From sequence record PV544171.1: a stretch of DNA of 64,000 nucleotides; one strand, 5' to 3'. The translations under genes were made by a program, and so were the position numbers. Positions 38,188 through 47,187 of this stretch are shown here, one piece after another. The DNA is from Enterococcus phage AllMyExes. Under the pieces are notes generated by a model that ran no database searches, was not told the DNA's origin, and saw only the letters and a list, made by a program, of their open reading frames with translations. How positions within the stretch are numbered: the stretch's first letter is position 1; each line of letters opens with the position of its first letter.

Positions 38188-38318
38188 CTTGTTTCAATTA
38201 CATATGAAATTTTACAGATGTTCTGCTATATTAGTTACAGAAGCTAATAAAACAAAGGGTTTCGACCCTTAAAAATGATATTTCATATAATTAAAAGTTG
38301 AAGGAGTTTATAACTAAA

Positions 38319-39008
38319 ATGGCTAAAAAAGAAGTGAATAACAGTTCAGTATTACTGAATCTATACAATAATAAATTGCTTGTATCTAAGGTAGACGAGG
38401 CGTTAGACGAGGGTAAACCATACGATTTCATTATTGCTTTTTGTAAAGAGAAGTTCGATTTTGAAATTAATAAACCCGCATTATCTAGGTACAAAGAGAA
38501 ACGAAGAGAGTCTTTAGAAACAGGAGTAGACTTGGAATCACTACTTGACAAACGTAGAAAATCAGGTAAAATTATTGATATTAAGTCTAAAGAGGTAACC
38601 CCACTTCCTAATGAAACATACGATAACACATTTGGACAAGTGGAACAGATATACAATGATGTAGAGGTGTTAGACACAATCATACAAAAAGGTTTTAACT
38701 CTCTAAAAGAGGTAGACTATGTTGAAGCCCCACTTGCTATGAAAGCAATTGAAGTAAAAGCTAAGATAACAGCTAACCAGTTCCAAGGTCTAAGTCTAAC
38801 AGGTTTAAGAGAGCTAAGATTAAGACAGTCTGCTAAAGAACAAGCAATGACTGAGATTATTCTACAGTTTATTCCAGAAGAACAGCATGAAGAGGTATTC
38901 AACGCAATTGAATCAGCAGAGAAAGAGTTCTATGAAAACTTAGATTTAACAGAGGAAGACCAAAGAATCACTAAAGCGTTGCAAGCATCAGGTATGGATA
39001 TAATTTAG
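38319..39008 (+). CDS. Hypothetical protein
   Basis: The ATG at 38319 follows the RBS gaaggag. The ORF-track start at 38298 is less likely. It is 229 aa. Confidence 0.5.
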   Translation: MAKKEVNNSSVLLNLYNNKLLVSKVDEALDEGKPYDFIIAFCKEKFDFEINKPALSRYKEKRRESLETGVDLESLLDKRRKSGKIIDIKSKEVTPLPNETYDNTFGQVEQIYNDVEVLDTIIQKGFNSLKEVDYVEAPLAMKAIEVKAKITANQFQGLSLTGLRELRLRQSAKEQAMTEIILQFIPEEQHEEVFNAIESAEKEFYENLDLTEEDQRITKALQASGMDII

Positions 39009-39018
39009 GAGGGTTATA

Positions 39019-39486
39019 ATGGTTGAAAATTTGAGAGAGGTAAATTATAAAACGTTAACCTTAGAAGAAAGTTTACATGCATTACTTGAAGGGAAGACCC
39101 TTATTGTAAAAGGGCTAGAACAAAGACGTAAGTTAGATGTGCTAGTAAGGATTTTCTCAGAAGGTGTTGTACCTGTTACGCAGATAAGTTATGATACAAC
39201 CCCTGCGGATGGTTATTGGAGAACAGGATATTGGCAGATATACGATTTGCCAATTAATGCCCTTAGCACATACCCATGTTTTATCTATGATGATTTAAAT
39301 ACGGATGAACTCCCTAAATTTATGATAGGGGACACTGTTTACTACACAAGTAAAGAGGACTCTATCAAAGATTCCGCCATTGTAATCAGTGTATACAAAG
39401 ACGATGCTAACAATAAGTGGTACTACAAGTTAAGTAGAGATAACGAAATATATGCAGAGAGTGAGATTAGAAGAGACAGGTTGTAA
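39019..39486 (+). CDS. Hypothetical protein
   Basis: A 155-aa ORF with the RBS aggaggg. Confidence 0.5.
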   Translation: MVENLREVNYKTLTLEESLHALLEGKTLIVKGLEQRRKLDVLVRIFSEGVVPVTQISYDTTPADGYWRTGYWQIYDLPINALSTYPCFIYDDLNTDELPKFMIGDTVYYTSKEDSIKDSAIVISVYKDDANNKWYYKLSRDNEIYAESEIRRDRL

Positions 39487-39514
39487 GCCTGCCTCTTTTT
39501 TTTTAAATTTATTG

Positions 39515-39543
39515 TTGACAAATATCTATAACTTTGTTATAGT
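39515..39543 (+). promoter_or_regulatory. Sigma-A-type promoter (TTGACA-17-TATAGT)
   Basis: TTGACA is at 39515-39520 and TATAGT at 39538-39543. It follows a hairpin with a T9 run at about 39470-39500. Confidence 0.55.
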
Positions 39544-39583
39544 ATAAATATCAAGGATATTGATAATAAATTTTGGAGGTGCC

Positions 39584-41860
39584 ATGATGGCAAATATTTT
39601 AGACACATTAAAGTGGTTAGATAAAGGGGACAAAGTTACTATTGAATTTGATAAAGAGCGGTCGAAGTATGCAAAACTGACTTTGCACGATTCATCAGCT
39701 AAGACAAATATTGTCCGTAACATTGTTTTTTATGATTTAGACAAAGGAGTGTATGCTTACACTGGTGAATACACCCCTGTATGGGATAACTTATTAGATG
39801 ATATGCGTAAGACACAAGGCGCAGAACCTGAAATTAAGACTACAAAAGTAAATCAGTTAGCTACCTATGAAGATGCCTTAAAGTTTATTGAAACAAATGG
39901 TACGTTTTATGTAATTGGTGAGGAAGTAATTGTTAAGGTTAAAGATGCAAAAGAGCTAGCATTGATGTTAATGTACTTTAGAGATGCTATTGAAGAACTA
40001 AGAGGAGAATACGACCCTAAAAAACATCATGTAGATATGACAATTGAATTATCAAAAGATGTTTTGAAAAAAATGGCAGTACCTAGACATGAATTAGACT
40101 TATCTTTAGGTGGCTTAATGAGAGCTGTATCACATAATGTTGGAGAAGACCTTTTTGAAACTCTTGGGTTTGACTACATGAAGCAAGCTTGGGAAGTCTT
40201 AGTTAATTGCTTGTCACTAGACACTATCCATGAGGTACCTTTCCGTGTGCTAGACGAATTAGAGAAAGTAACAGATAGCATGTCTACTACAGACCATATT
40301 GTTACCTTGTATGCCGGTAGAGAACTTAAAAAATTCTATTCAGAGGAAGAGTACTTTGATGTAATCACACACAATTTAGCTGATGTGATTATGGATTGGT
40401 CAACTATTTTTACTACAGCTGTTCTTAATAATACAGAAGATGATGAACACCTTAAAGAGTTACAGCTTAACTTTGAGAGATTCAAGTTAGATGTAGCAGA
40501 GGTTCTATTAGGTAATGTTGCAAGACATTTGCTATATGCAGGAGTTACCGATAGCTTTAACGAAGTTAACCATTATGTTGTCGGAGCAGGTAACCTGATT
40601 AGAACAGAAGGTTTGGTTAGAATAGAAGAATTAACTGGGACATTAGACGACTCTAAAGACGGAGATAGCTCTGAAACAGATAATAAAGAGTCATTAGATG
40701 ACATCTTTACAAATACAGGTGATGATGGTGTTGAAGACTTTACAAAAGAAGTAGACGAGCTTGCCATGTTTGAGAACGAACATGCTGAGGAACTTTTGGA
40801 AGTCAATAACAAATTAAAAGATAATCAAGAGTTATTACGTAAAACTGTGGAGGCGATGGGTATGGCTTCTTACTCTACTATTGATTCATCATTTGAACAA
40901 GAGGAAGAAACAGATAGCAACCACACAGAGACTTGTGAGGATACCAGAGCTTTCCAAATGTTAAGCTATGCAGTACGTTCAGGAGACAAATTACTTGAAC
41001 GTGTAGAGAATCACCCACAAACTGAAAAAGGGTTGAGAATGGCTAAAGATTCTCTAAAAGAGTTTGACCATACAGTTAAACCAGAATTAGAAGCTTATTT
41101 AAAAGCAGAAGAGTTAGCGGAAGACGTTGATAGACATGCAATTGTAACTACAATTATCCGTATCAAGGACACTATGGAAGCAGATATGGACGGCTGTACC
41201 GACCCAGTAGAGCAAGGTTTATTCTACGCAGGAAGCCTAAATATGTTAGAAGAAATGGAATCATTGTTACGGGCTAGCAATAGAGGTTATGGTTGGGACG
41301 TAACAGCTATCTATCTTATCTTGTCCATTGAACTAGCTTATGGGACTTACGGGTTGTCTGATTTAGACTTTACAATTAAAAATAAAGAGGAAACTCGTAA
41401 AGAAGAACAAGATGCAATTAATGGCATTGTAAACTTCTTAGCCAATCTTTTAAATACAGTACTAGAAGAAGAATCAGAATCAGAAGAAACAACTGTAGTA
41501 GTCGAAGAGGAAGAAGAGGGTAAGGATGACTTCTCACTATCTACAGAAGACACTGCTAAGCTATTGGCAGACTGGTCAAATGGTCTACCTACGTATGTCG
41601 TTACTCGTAAATACGGAATTAGTATGGGAGCTTTATACTCTATCTTATATGCAAATGGGGCAGACGTTAAATCTTCTAAAGTAGCAGAACGAGTGGCTCA
41701 TGTGGAAAATGACAAAGATATGTTAAACGCAGTCATTCGAGACTACAAGAAAGGTACTCGTTTAGTAGATATTTATACTAAATACAAATTATATAAAAAT
41801 GGTTTGTTCTATCTTTTAGATAAATATCGAGTTCCACGTAGAGGACATACAAAGAAATAA
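39584..41860 (+). CDS. Large highly acidic protein with C-terminal HTH-like segment
   Basis: The ATG at 39584 follows the RBS ggaggtg. It is about 758 aa. Long D/E-rich tracts are present (EEESESEETTVVVEEEEEGKDDF). The C-terminus reads LADWSNGLPTYVVTRKYGISMGALYSILY. Confidence 0.55.
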   Translation: MMANILDTLKWLDKGDKVTIEFDKERSKYAKLTLHDSSAKTNIVRNIVFYDLDKGVYAYTGEYTPVWDNLLDDMRKTQGAEPEIKTTKVNQLATYEDALKFIETNGTFYVIGEEVIVKVKDAKELALMLMYFRDAIEELRGEYDPKKHHVDMTIELSKDVLKKMAVPRHELDLSLGGLMRAVSHNVGEDLFETLGFDYMKQAWEVLVNCLSLDTIHEVPFRVLDELEKVTDSMSTTDHIVTLYAGRELKKFYSEEEYFDVITHNLADVIMDWSTIFTTAVLNNTEDDEHLKELQLNFERFKLDVAEVLLGNVARHLLYAGVTDSFNEVNHYVVGAGNLIRTEGLVRIEELTGTLDDSKDGDSSETDNKESLDDIFTNTGDDGVEDFTKEVDELAMFENEHAEELLEVNNKLKDNQELLRKTVEAMGMASYSTIDSSFEQEEETDSNHTETCEDTRAFQMLSYAVRSGDKLLERVENHPQTEKGLRMAKDSLKEFDHTVKPELEAYLKAEELAEDVDRHAIVTTIIRIKDTMEADMDGCTDPVEQGLFYAGSLNMLEEMESLLRASNRGYGWDVTAIYLILSIELAYGTYGLSDLDFTIKNKEETRKEEQDAINGIVNFLANLLNTVLEEESESEETTVVVEEEEEGKDDFSLSTEDTAKLLADWSNGLPTYVVTRKYGISMGALYSILYANGADVKSSKVAERVAHVENDKDMLNAVIRDYKKGTRLVDIYTKYKLYKNGLFYLLDKYRVPRRGHTKK

Positions 41861-41919
41861 CAATGATTAAGGTAGTGGTGTTCAACTACTACCTAATCTT
41901 TTATTAGGGAGGAACTTAA

Positions 41920-42126
41920 TTGATTCTTTTTATATTTAGCATTATTACAATGCTATCCATGTTCTTACTATATTTGTTTGGGATGGCTTCCGTAGCTCTA
42001 CTTCAACTAGGACTCCTTATAGGTAGTCAAAATGATATAGCTAAAGGCATGCACTCTTTGCTTTTCACAGGTGTCGCACTTACTGTAGTCACCGAAATAA
42101 CTAAGCAGTGTTTACTATTATTTTAA
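41920..42126 (+). CDS. Small membrane protein
   Basis: It has a TTG start after gggagg. Two hydrophobic helices are present. Confidence 0.4.
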   Translation: MILFIFSIITMLSMFLLYLFGMASVALLQLGLLIGSQNDIAKGMHSLLFTGVALTVVTEITKQCLLLF

Positions 42127-42148
42127 AAAAAAAATTGGAGGATTTAGC

Positions 42149-42655
42149 ATGTTGTTTTTTATTGTTTTAGCAGTATTTATAGGCGGGCTTGCTTTATGGG
42201 GAATGTATGATAGTTATGGGTACCTAGACTGGACTTCATGGTTATTTAGTATTGTGGTAGGCTCTGCTGTAGCTACTTTTTTCACACTGGCAGTGGTCGG
42301 AATTACTTTCGATGTTGCACCAAGTCATGGGGTAACGAAAAGCTATGAACTACACCCTATCTATGAGAACAGTAAAGTAGCTGTAGAGGCTAAAAAAGAC
42401 CAGTTTGAGATTAATGTAGATGGCGGTTTGACAGCTATCGATGCAGAAGGCACTACTATCTTATCTACTAAAGGAGAGATTAAACCTAAAATTGTGTTTA
42501 CAGAGAACTATATAAACACCAACTGGTGGACTCGTTTCCTAGGTATAGCAGATAAGGTAAAAGACACCTCATCAGTTCTTTATTTAGACTCAGATACCTT
42601 AGTGTACAATAAGCCGGAAAAGAACAGTAGCGCACCAGATTTAAAAATTAAATAA
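42149..42655 (+). CDS. Membrane protein (2-3 TM helices) with extracytoplasmic C-terminal domain
   Basis: The hydrophobic segments are MLFFIVLAVFIGGLALWGMY and LFSIVVGSAVATFFTLAVVGITF. The RBS is ttggagg. Confidence 0.5.
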   Translation: MLFFIVLAVFIGGLALWGMYDSYGYLDWTSWLFSIVVGSAVATFFTLAVVGITFDVAPSHGVTKSYELHPIYENSKVAVEAKKDQFEINVDGGLTAIDAEGTTILSTKGEIKPKIVFTENYINTNWWTRFLGIADKVKDTSSVLYLDSDTLVYNKPEKNSSAPDLKIK

Positions 42656-42665
42656 ATAATTTAGA

Positions 42666-42694
42666 AAAGGGGCTTGCATAAAGCCTCTTTTTAT
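42666..42694 (+). terminator. Rho-independent terminator
   Basis: The hairpin aggggctt-gcata-aagcctct is followed by ttttt. Confidence 0.55.
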
Positions 42695-42728
42695 GTTAGT
42701 ATGTATTTATAGATAGGAGGTAAGCAAT

Positions 42729-42899
42729 ATGTCTTATACGAAAAGAGCGTTAGGAGCTAGAGGATATGACTTTGACACAATGTCTATGCTAGAGAAGATG
42801 AATGCTTTACTAGAACTATTAGAAGAACCAGAATTTCAAGAACAGATGAGGAAAGAGTATGAAGAGTTTTCTAAGGAGTGTGCTACAAATGGAGAATGA
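42729..42899 (+). CDS. Small hypothetical protein (56 aa), below ORF-track cutoff
   Basis: It has a strong RBS, ataggaggt, plus an ATG. It overlaps the next ORF. Confidence 0.45.
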   Translation: MSYTKRALGARGYDFDTMSMLEKMNALLELLEEPEFQEQMRKEYEEFSKECATNGE

Positions 42900-43164
42900 A
42901 AAGTTGGAGTCTTACTTTATGAAAGAGATTGCACCTATTTTAGATGAAATAGAGATGAGTGAAGAGTTGATAAAGGGAATGGAGGAGAACAACAACCCAT
43001 CCGATATGATTACAGTCTCTTTTACAAAAGAGGAAGTAAACATACTTGTGGCAATGTTAGACCTTGAGTTACCTAGATTAGACAGTGGTTCTGAATTGTT
43101 TAGCCCTAATCTGGTAAGGGAAGCTAAACTACAATTAATTAAGAACAAGCTAACTTCAAAATGA
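42859..43164 (+). CDS. Hypothetical small protein
   Basis: A 101-aa ORF. The alternative in-frame start at 42889 would overlap the upstream small ORF by 11 nt. Confidence 0.45.
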   Translation: MKSFLRSVLQMENEKLESYFMKEIAPILDEIEMSEELIKGMEENNNPSDMITVSFTKEEVNILVAMLDLELPRLDSGSELFSPNLVREAKLQLIKNKLTSK

Positions 43165-43209
43165 TTTCTCACTAGAATTAATTAGTGAGAAAAAAATTAA
43201 ATAAAACTA

Positions 43210-43271
43210 TTGACAAATAACAAAACATGATGTAAACTAAGTTTATAAGATAAAGAAGAGGAGAGATACAC
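43210..43271 (+). promoter_or_regulatory. Early promoter + conserved leader repeat (copy identical to 44631..44693)
   Basis: TTGACA is at 43210 and TAAACT at -10. The leader is gtttataagataaagaagaggagagat and the ATG is at 43272. A 58-bp exact match exists with the copy at 44630. Confidence 0.7.
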
Positions 43272-43523
43272 ATGAATGAACAAAAGAAAGTATATGCAAA
43301 ATTAACAGAGGACGAGGCAGTATTTGCTTGTGAACTAGGAGATAAAATTAAACAAATTAGAGAGAGCCAAGAGCTATCTCGATTAGAACTTGCAAAACGA
43401 GCAAAAGTAGACCACTCAACATTAATCTTAATTGAACAAGGTAAACGACTACCAACATTACGTATTATGATGAAGTTGAGCAAAGCGCTACACCGAGAAC
43501 TAGCTATTAGCTTTACAGATTAA
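43272..43523 (+). CDS. XRE-family helix-turn-helix transcriptional regulator
   Basis: The HTH_3 pattern reads LGDKIKQIRESQELSRLELAKRAKVDHSTLILIEQGKRLPTLRIMMKLSKAL. It is 83 aa. Confidence 0.7.
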   Translation: MNEQKKVYAKLTEDEAVFACELGDKIKQIRESQELSRLELAKRAKVDHSTLILIEQGKRLPTLRIMMKLSKALHRELAISFTD

Positions 43524-43534
43524 GGAGGGGCATC

Positions 43535-43822
43535 ATGAAAGGGAGCCTAGATTATTACAACTATTTGTACCAAACAATTGAAAATCGACCTACGGAGGAG
43601 CTAGATGTCCTTTATGATGGTCTTTATAAAAAAGCCGGTGACCTGTTTGCAATAGATAACTTCCAAGGAGTTAAAGAAGGCAGACTAATTTTAAAAATAT
43701 TAAAGGCTATTAGAGAAGAAATTAATAGTAGAATTGATGAAGAAATTGACATTTACTTGTATAATATCTATGACAGTGTATCAGATGAAGACAAACGAGT
43801 AAATTGGCTATATGAGGTGTAA
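43535..43822 (+). CDS. Hypothetical small protein
   Basis: A 95-aa ORF with the RBS aaggagggg. Confidence 0.5.
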   Translation: MKGSLDYYNYLYQTIENRPTEELDVLYDGLYKKAGDLFAIDNFQGVKEGRLILKILKAIREEINSRIDEEIDIYLYNIYDSVSDEDKRVNWLYEV

Positions 43823-43824
43823 GT

Positions 43825-44613
43825 ATGTTTAGTGTTGTTAAGGCTGACAGCTATGTTAAATCAGACATAGAAATGTATGAATTTAAGAATGTAAAAAGTT
43901 TGGCATTGACTAAGAAAGAGAAAGAACTATGGTCAGGCAAAATTGCTAAATATGCTAATGAGTTTATTGTAGATGCTTATGGAGACTACCATGGTAATAA
44001 AATACCTGAAATAGATGTTGTAATCAATGGTAAGCTAAGAAGAACCCTAGGTTCTTTTGTCCAATTCACTAACACAAACAAACACTGTATAGAGATAAAT
44101 GGTAGGTTTGTTAAAGAAGTTATTCTATTACAAGAAACACCCTTAGCTCAAAGAGCGCTTGATATTTTAATGGATGTAGCCAGACATGAAGCTATCCACT
44201 ATACACTTTGTTATTTAAATAGTTTAAGTGGGGGAGACCTACCAACGTTCAACTACCATGACGGTGGGGAAGACTTTGAAAAAGATTTATGTTTGACAGG
44301 AACTTCACCTAGTGGCGCTACGAAAGAAGAGTATATTTATAGTTCTTTTACACTAGGAGCCATCAGATGCCGACACCATAGTACTTGCCCTGAATGTGGG
44401 TTGGAAACATACATGTATACACGAGGACGGTACTATTGCTATAATGGGTGTGTAGGGGATAACGGTAGAAAAATTATATTTAGACCACAAGGTGATATTG
44501 CAATTTATATTGATGAACCAAAATCTAAAGCTAAACCAAAAGTAGAGGAAGCTCTGAAAGACTATAAAGGAGCGTTAAAGCTACCTTATACAGGTACAGA
44601 AGAAATAAAATAA
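43825..44613 (+). CDS. HExxH zinc metallopeptidase with C-terminal Cys4 zinc ribbon (SprT-like / ImmA-like)
   Basis: HEAIH lies within DVARHEAIHYTLCYL. The C-terminal ribbon is CPECG...CYNGC. It is 262 aa. Confidence 0.5.
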   Translation: MFSVVKADSYVKSDIEMYEFKNVKSLALTKKEKELWSGKIAKYANEFIVDAYGDYHGNKIPEIDVVINGKLRRTLGSFVQFTNTNKHCIEINGRFVKEVILLQETPLAQRALDILMDVARHEAIHYTLCYLNSLSGGDLPTFNYHDGGEDFEKDLCLTGTSPSGATKEEYIYSSFTLGAIRCRHHSTCPECGLETYMYTRGRYYCYNGCVGDNGRKIIFRPQGDIAIYIDEPKSKAKPKVEEALKDYKGALKLPYTGTEEIK

Positions 44614-44630
44614 AAAAATAGTTAAATGTA

Positions 44631-44693
44631 TTGACAAATAACAAAACATGATGTAAACTAAGTTTATAAGATAAAGAAGAGGAGAGATTTATT
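44631..44693 (+). promoter_or_regulatory. Early promoter + conserved leader repeat
   Basis: TTGACA is at 44631. It has the same 58-bp sequence as the copy at 43209. The ATG is at 44694. Confidence 0.7.
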
Positions 44694-45767
44694 ATGGCAT
44701 ACGTAACAAATATTGATGTAGTAGCAGATGGGTTAGATTTATATAATGGGAACTATGTGGTAGAACGAGGTCAAGTAGTTACTTTTAAACTACATGTAGC
44801 GACATGGAACAATGAGCCTACACCCGAAAATGCTTATGCGATTATTCGTAATAATGGAATAGATTATAAGAGTAAGGTTGATGAATTTGGCAATGCAGAG
44901 GTTACCTTCCCAGTTAATGGTCGTCCTGACCAAGTAACAACTAGCATCTTTGCATTAACTTCTGGATATGAGGGGGATATGCCTCGTGTAATGTCAGCTA
45001 TCTTTAGTGACGAAACAGAAATTAAACAAACTGTAATGAACGTTACAGCATCTATTAATGGGGAGCCAGTTAGTCGTGAAGGTGTATTTTTAGAACGAGA
45101 CCAAGTAGTCACTGTAGATGTTAAAGCAACATTATCTACAGGTAAGTTCTGGGAAGGCGCACAGGTAGGCGTGTACAATAACAACACGGAATACTTAGGT
45201 GACCTAGATGCAGATGGTTATGGTTCAGTAACTTTCCAAGTAAAAGGAAAACAAGGGATGGACACATCAGCTATCTACGTATTCGTTAAAGACCATGAAC
45301 GAGAAGCTACACTAACAGTTCCTGTGAAGTTCACTAATACTACTGCTACTACAGAAACTTCTACAGAAGAGTCGTCTACTGTTGATACGACTACAGGAAC
45401 AGAGGAGCCTTCTACTACGGATACAACAACTGTAGAAAGCTCTACAACGGATTCTACGTCCTCTACAGTAGATTCTACAGAAAGTACAGTAGAAAGCTCT
45501 ACAGAGCAAACAGTGACCAATGAAGACACTTCTACTGATTCAGAGGTAGTTGAAACTACAGAAACTTCCCAAGTAGCAGGCTACACAGAGTCTACTTCTA
45601 GTTCTACAGAGTCTAAAGAAGTTAAGGAAACTCATACTAGCACTACAGAACCTGCTAAAGAGTTGCCATCTACAGGCACAGAGGTAGATTATGGGCTTGT
45701 TGGGTTCGGTGGTGTAACATTAACAGTTGTAGTGGCACTAGTAATTAAAAAATTGTTGAATAAGTAA
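44694..45767 (+). CDS. Ser/Thr-rich protein with C-terminal LPxTG-type cell-wall sorting signal (LPSTG + hydrophobic segment + KKLLNK)
   Basis: The C-terminus is KELPSTGTEVDYGLVGFGGVTLTVVVALVIKKLLNK. About 120 aa form a T/S/E-rich stalk. The N-terminal region of about 200 aa is globular. There is no N-terminal signal peptide. Confidence 0.6.
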   Translation: MAYVTNIDVVADGLDLYNGNYVVERGQVVTFKLHVATWNNEPTPENAYAIIRNNGIDYKSKVDEFGNAEVTFPVNGRPDQVTTSIFALTSGYEGDMPRVMSAIFSDETEIKQTVMNVTASINGEPVSREGVFLERDQVVTVDVKATLSTGKFWEGAQVGVYNNNTEYLGDLDADGYGSVTFQVKGKQGMDTSAIYVFVKDHEREATLTVPVKFTNTTATTETSTEESSTVDTTTGTEEPSTTDTTTVESSTTDSTSSTVDSTESTVESSTEQTVTNEDTSTDSEVVETTETSQVAGYTESTSSSTESKEVKETHTSTTEPAKELPSTGTEVDYGLVGFGGVTLTVVVALVIKKLLNK

Positions 45768-45835
45768 GAAACACAATATTGCGACCCTCATTAATTGGGG
45801 GTTGCAAATTATATTATTTTTTTTAAATAAACCTA

Positions 45836-45892
45836 TTGACATTTAACAAACTATAAGGTAAACTAAGTTCATAAGATAAAGGAGGGAAACAA
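45836..45892 (+). promoter_or_regulatory. Early promoter + leader (diverged family member)
   Basis: TTGACA is at 45836 and TAAACT at -10. The leader is gttcataagataaaggagggaaacaa and the ATG is at 45893. An upstream hairpin with a T-run lies at about 45781-45825. Confidence 0.6.
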
Positions 45893-46195
45893 ATGAGTCA
45901 AGTAAGCAAACATGGAGAAAAACGTGTACGTGAACGTGTAGGAGTGAATAAGAGTTCGGTAGACCGTCAGTTTTACTTAGCGTTAGAACGAGGATACCGA
46001 CAACATGAGCTAACAGGACGTTTAAAGAAATGGGTAGTATCAAGAGTATTTAACTCTAAGTACCCTCAAACATGTATTTTATATAATGGTAAATGCTTCA
46101 TTGTTAGCAGTGAAGGTACACTAGTTACTGTGTTAAACATCCCAAGTAATTTACTAAAAGATTTTGCAAAATTATCTAAGAAAAGAGGAAAATAA
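45893..46195 (+). CDS. Hypothetical small early protein
   Basis: A 100-aa ORF and the first gene of a tightly packed operon. Confidence 0.55.
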   Translation: MSQVSKHGEKRVRERVGVNKSSVDRQFYLALERGYRQHELTGRLKKWVVSRVFNSKYPQTCILYNGKCFIVSSEGTLVTVLNIPSNLLKDFAKLSKKRGK

Positions 46196-46196
46196 A

Positions 46197-46499
46197 ATGG
46201 ATATTATGGATATTGAGTTTTTAGAAGAACATAAACAATTAGTAAAAGAACATGTAGAACAAGAATTAAAATTAATGCACCCTCTTAAGAAGTTACAAGT
46301 AATGACAGACTGGTTAGGAGATACAGAAGACAAGCTTTCTCAAGGAGACTTAGATTACTTCAATGACTTAACAGAAACAGAGCTAATAGAGGCAATGGAT
46401 GCTAGTGAGATTGTAGAGTTTTATTCAGATAACTTGTTAGATTTTATTGACTACTACAATATTGATTTAACTGGTTTAGAGGAACAGCTAGGTGTGTAA
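46197..46499 (+). CDS. Hypothetical small acidic early protein
   Basis: The ATG is at 46197, 1 nt after the upstream stop. The RBS is aaagaggaaaa. Confidence 0.5.
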   Translation: MDIMDIEFLEEHKQLVKEHVEQELKLMHPLKKLQVMTDWLGDTEDKLSQGDLDYFNDLTETELIEAMDASEIVEFYSDNLLDFIDYYNIDLTGLEEQLGV

Positions 46500-46501
46500 C
46501 C

Positions 46502-46786
46502 ATGGATAAGGCTGAAAAGGTAGATAACATTGTAAGACAGGTCGCAGGGGCTATTATTAAAACAACTGCAAAAGCAGCTTTTATTGTTTTTGTTTTAACC
46601 TTTGCAGGTGTTTTAGTAAGTTATTGTAGTTATTCATTTTTAACAAATGTAGGCTGGTTTACCCTACCTATGGTGGTATCAGTAGACTTGCTGTATGTTG
46701 CAATACTGTTAGGTGGACTAGCTTTTATATTTGTAGAGGTATACAAGGTAGTTTTAGAAGTGAAAAAGATAGTTAAACGAGGTTAG
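46502..46786 (+). CDS. Small membrane protein (2-3 TM)
   Basis: The hydrophobic segments are AAFIVFVLTFAGVLVSY and LLYVAILLGGLAFIFV. Confidence 0.5.
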   Translation: MDKAEKVDNIVRQVAGAIIKTTAKAAFIVFVLTFAGVLVSYCSYSFLTNVGWFTLPMVVSVDLLYVAILLGGLAFIFVEVYKVVLEVKKIVKRG

Positions 46787-46807
46787 AAAATATAGGAGGA
46801 ACTTATT

Positions 46808-47161
46808 ATGAATAAAAAAGTAGAGGAAATGACAATGGAAGAAAAGGATAAAGCGCTAATTGCAATGGGACTTATTGATGTAACACAAGAATTGGACTGG
46901 TTAGTGTTAGCTACTTGTGAAGACTGTGGGGAAGAGTATGAAGAAGAAGACTGTGCAGAGTGTGAGCATTGTGGTGGAGAAGACTTTATGATTGAAACAG
47001 GACTAGAGGGTACTCGTTGTGGACGTTGTGATAGCTACTTTGAGATGTGGGATGACTACTTTGAGTTTGAGAACGAAGGTAACCCATACAAAGATAAGCG
47101 TATCTGTGAACATTGTCATGATGAACTAGTATCTATGGGAATGGAAGAAAAGAAATTTTAA
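46808..47161 (+). CDS. Small Cys-rich protein with multiple CxxC zinc-ribbon motifs
   Basis: Motifs CEDCG, CAECEHCG, CGRCD and CEHCH are present. The RBS is taggagga. Confidence 0.55.
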   Translation: MNKKVEEMTMEEKDKALIAMGLIDVTQELDWLVLATCEDCGEEYEEEDCAECEHCGGEDFMIETGLEGTRCGRCDSYFEMWDDYFEFENEGNPYKDKRICEHCHDELVSMGMEEKKF

Positions 47162-47187
47162 AATATTACTAAGAAGGAGACTTAATC

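Noticed and set aside
38291-38683. A minus-strand 130-aa ORF overlapping the start of the 38319 plus-strand gene.
   Set aside because: There is no RBS and the composition is low-complexity. The plus-strand gene has a clear RBS, and the whole window is otherwise plus-strand coding.
45275-45529. Minus-strand ORFs (84 and 65 aa; Cys/Arg-rich) in the ORF track.
   Set aside because: They are antisense to the Ser/Thr-rich repeat of the LPxTG protein gene. The composition is a mirror artefact of the codon repeat, and there is no RBS.
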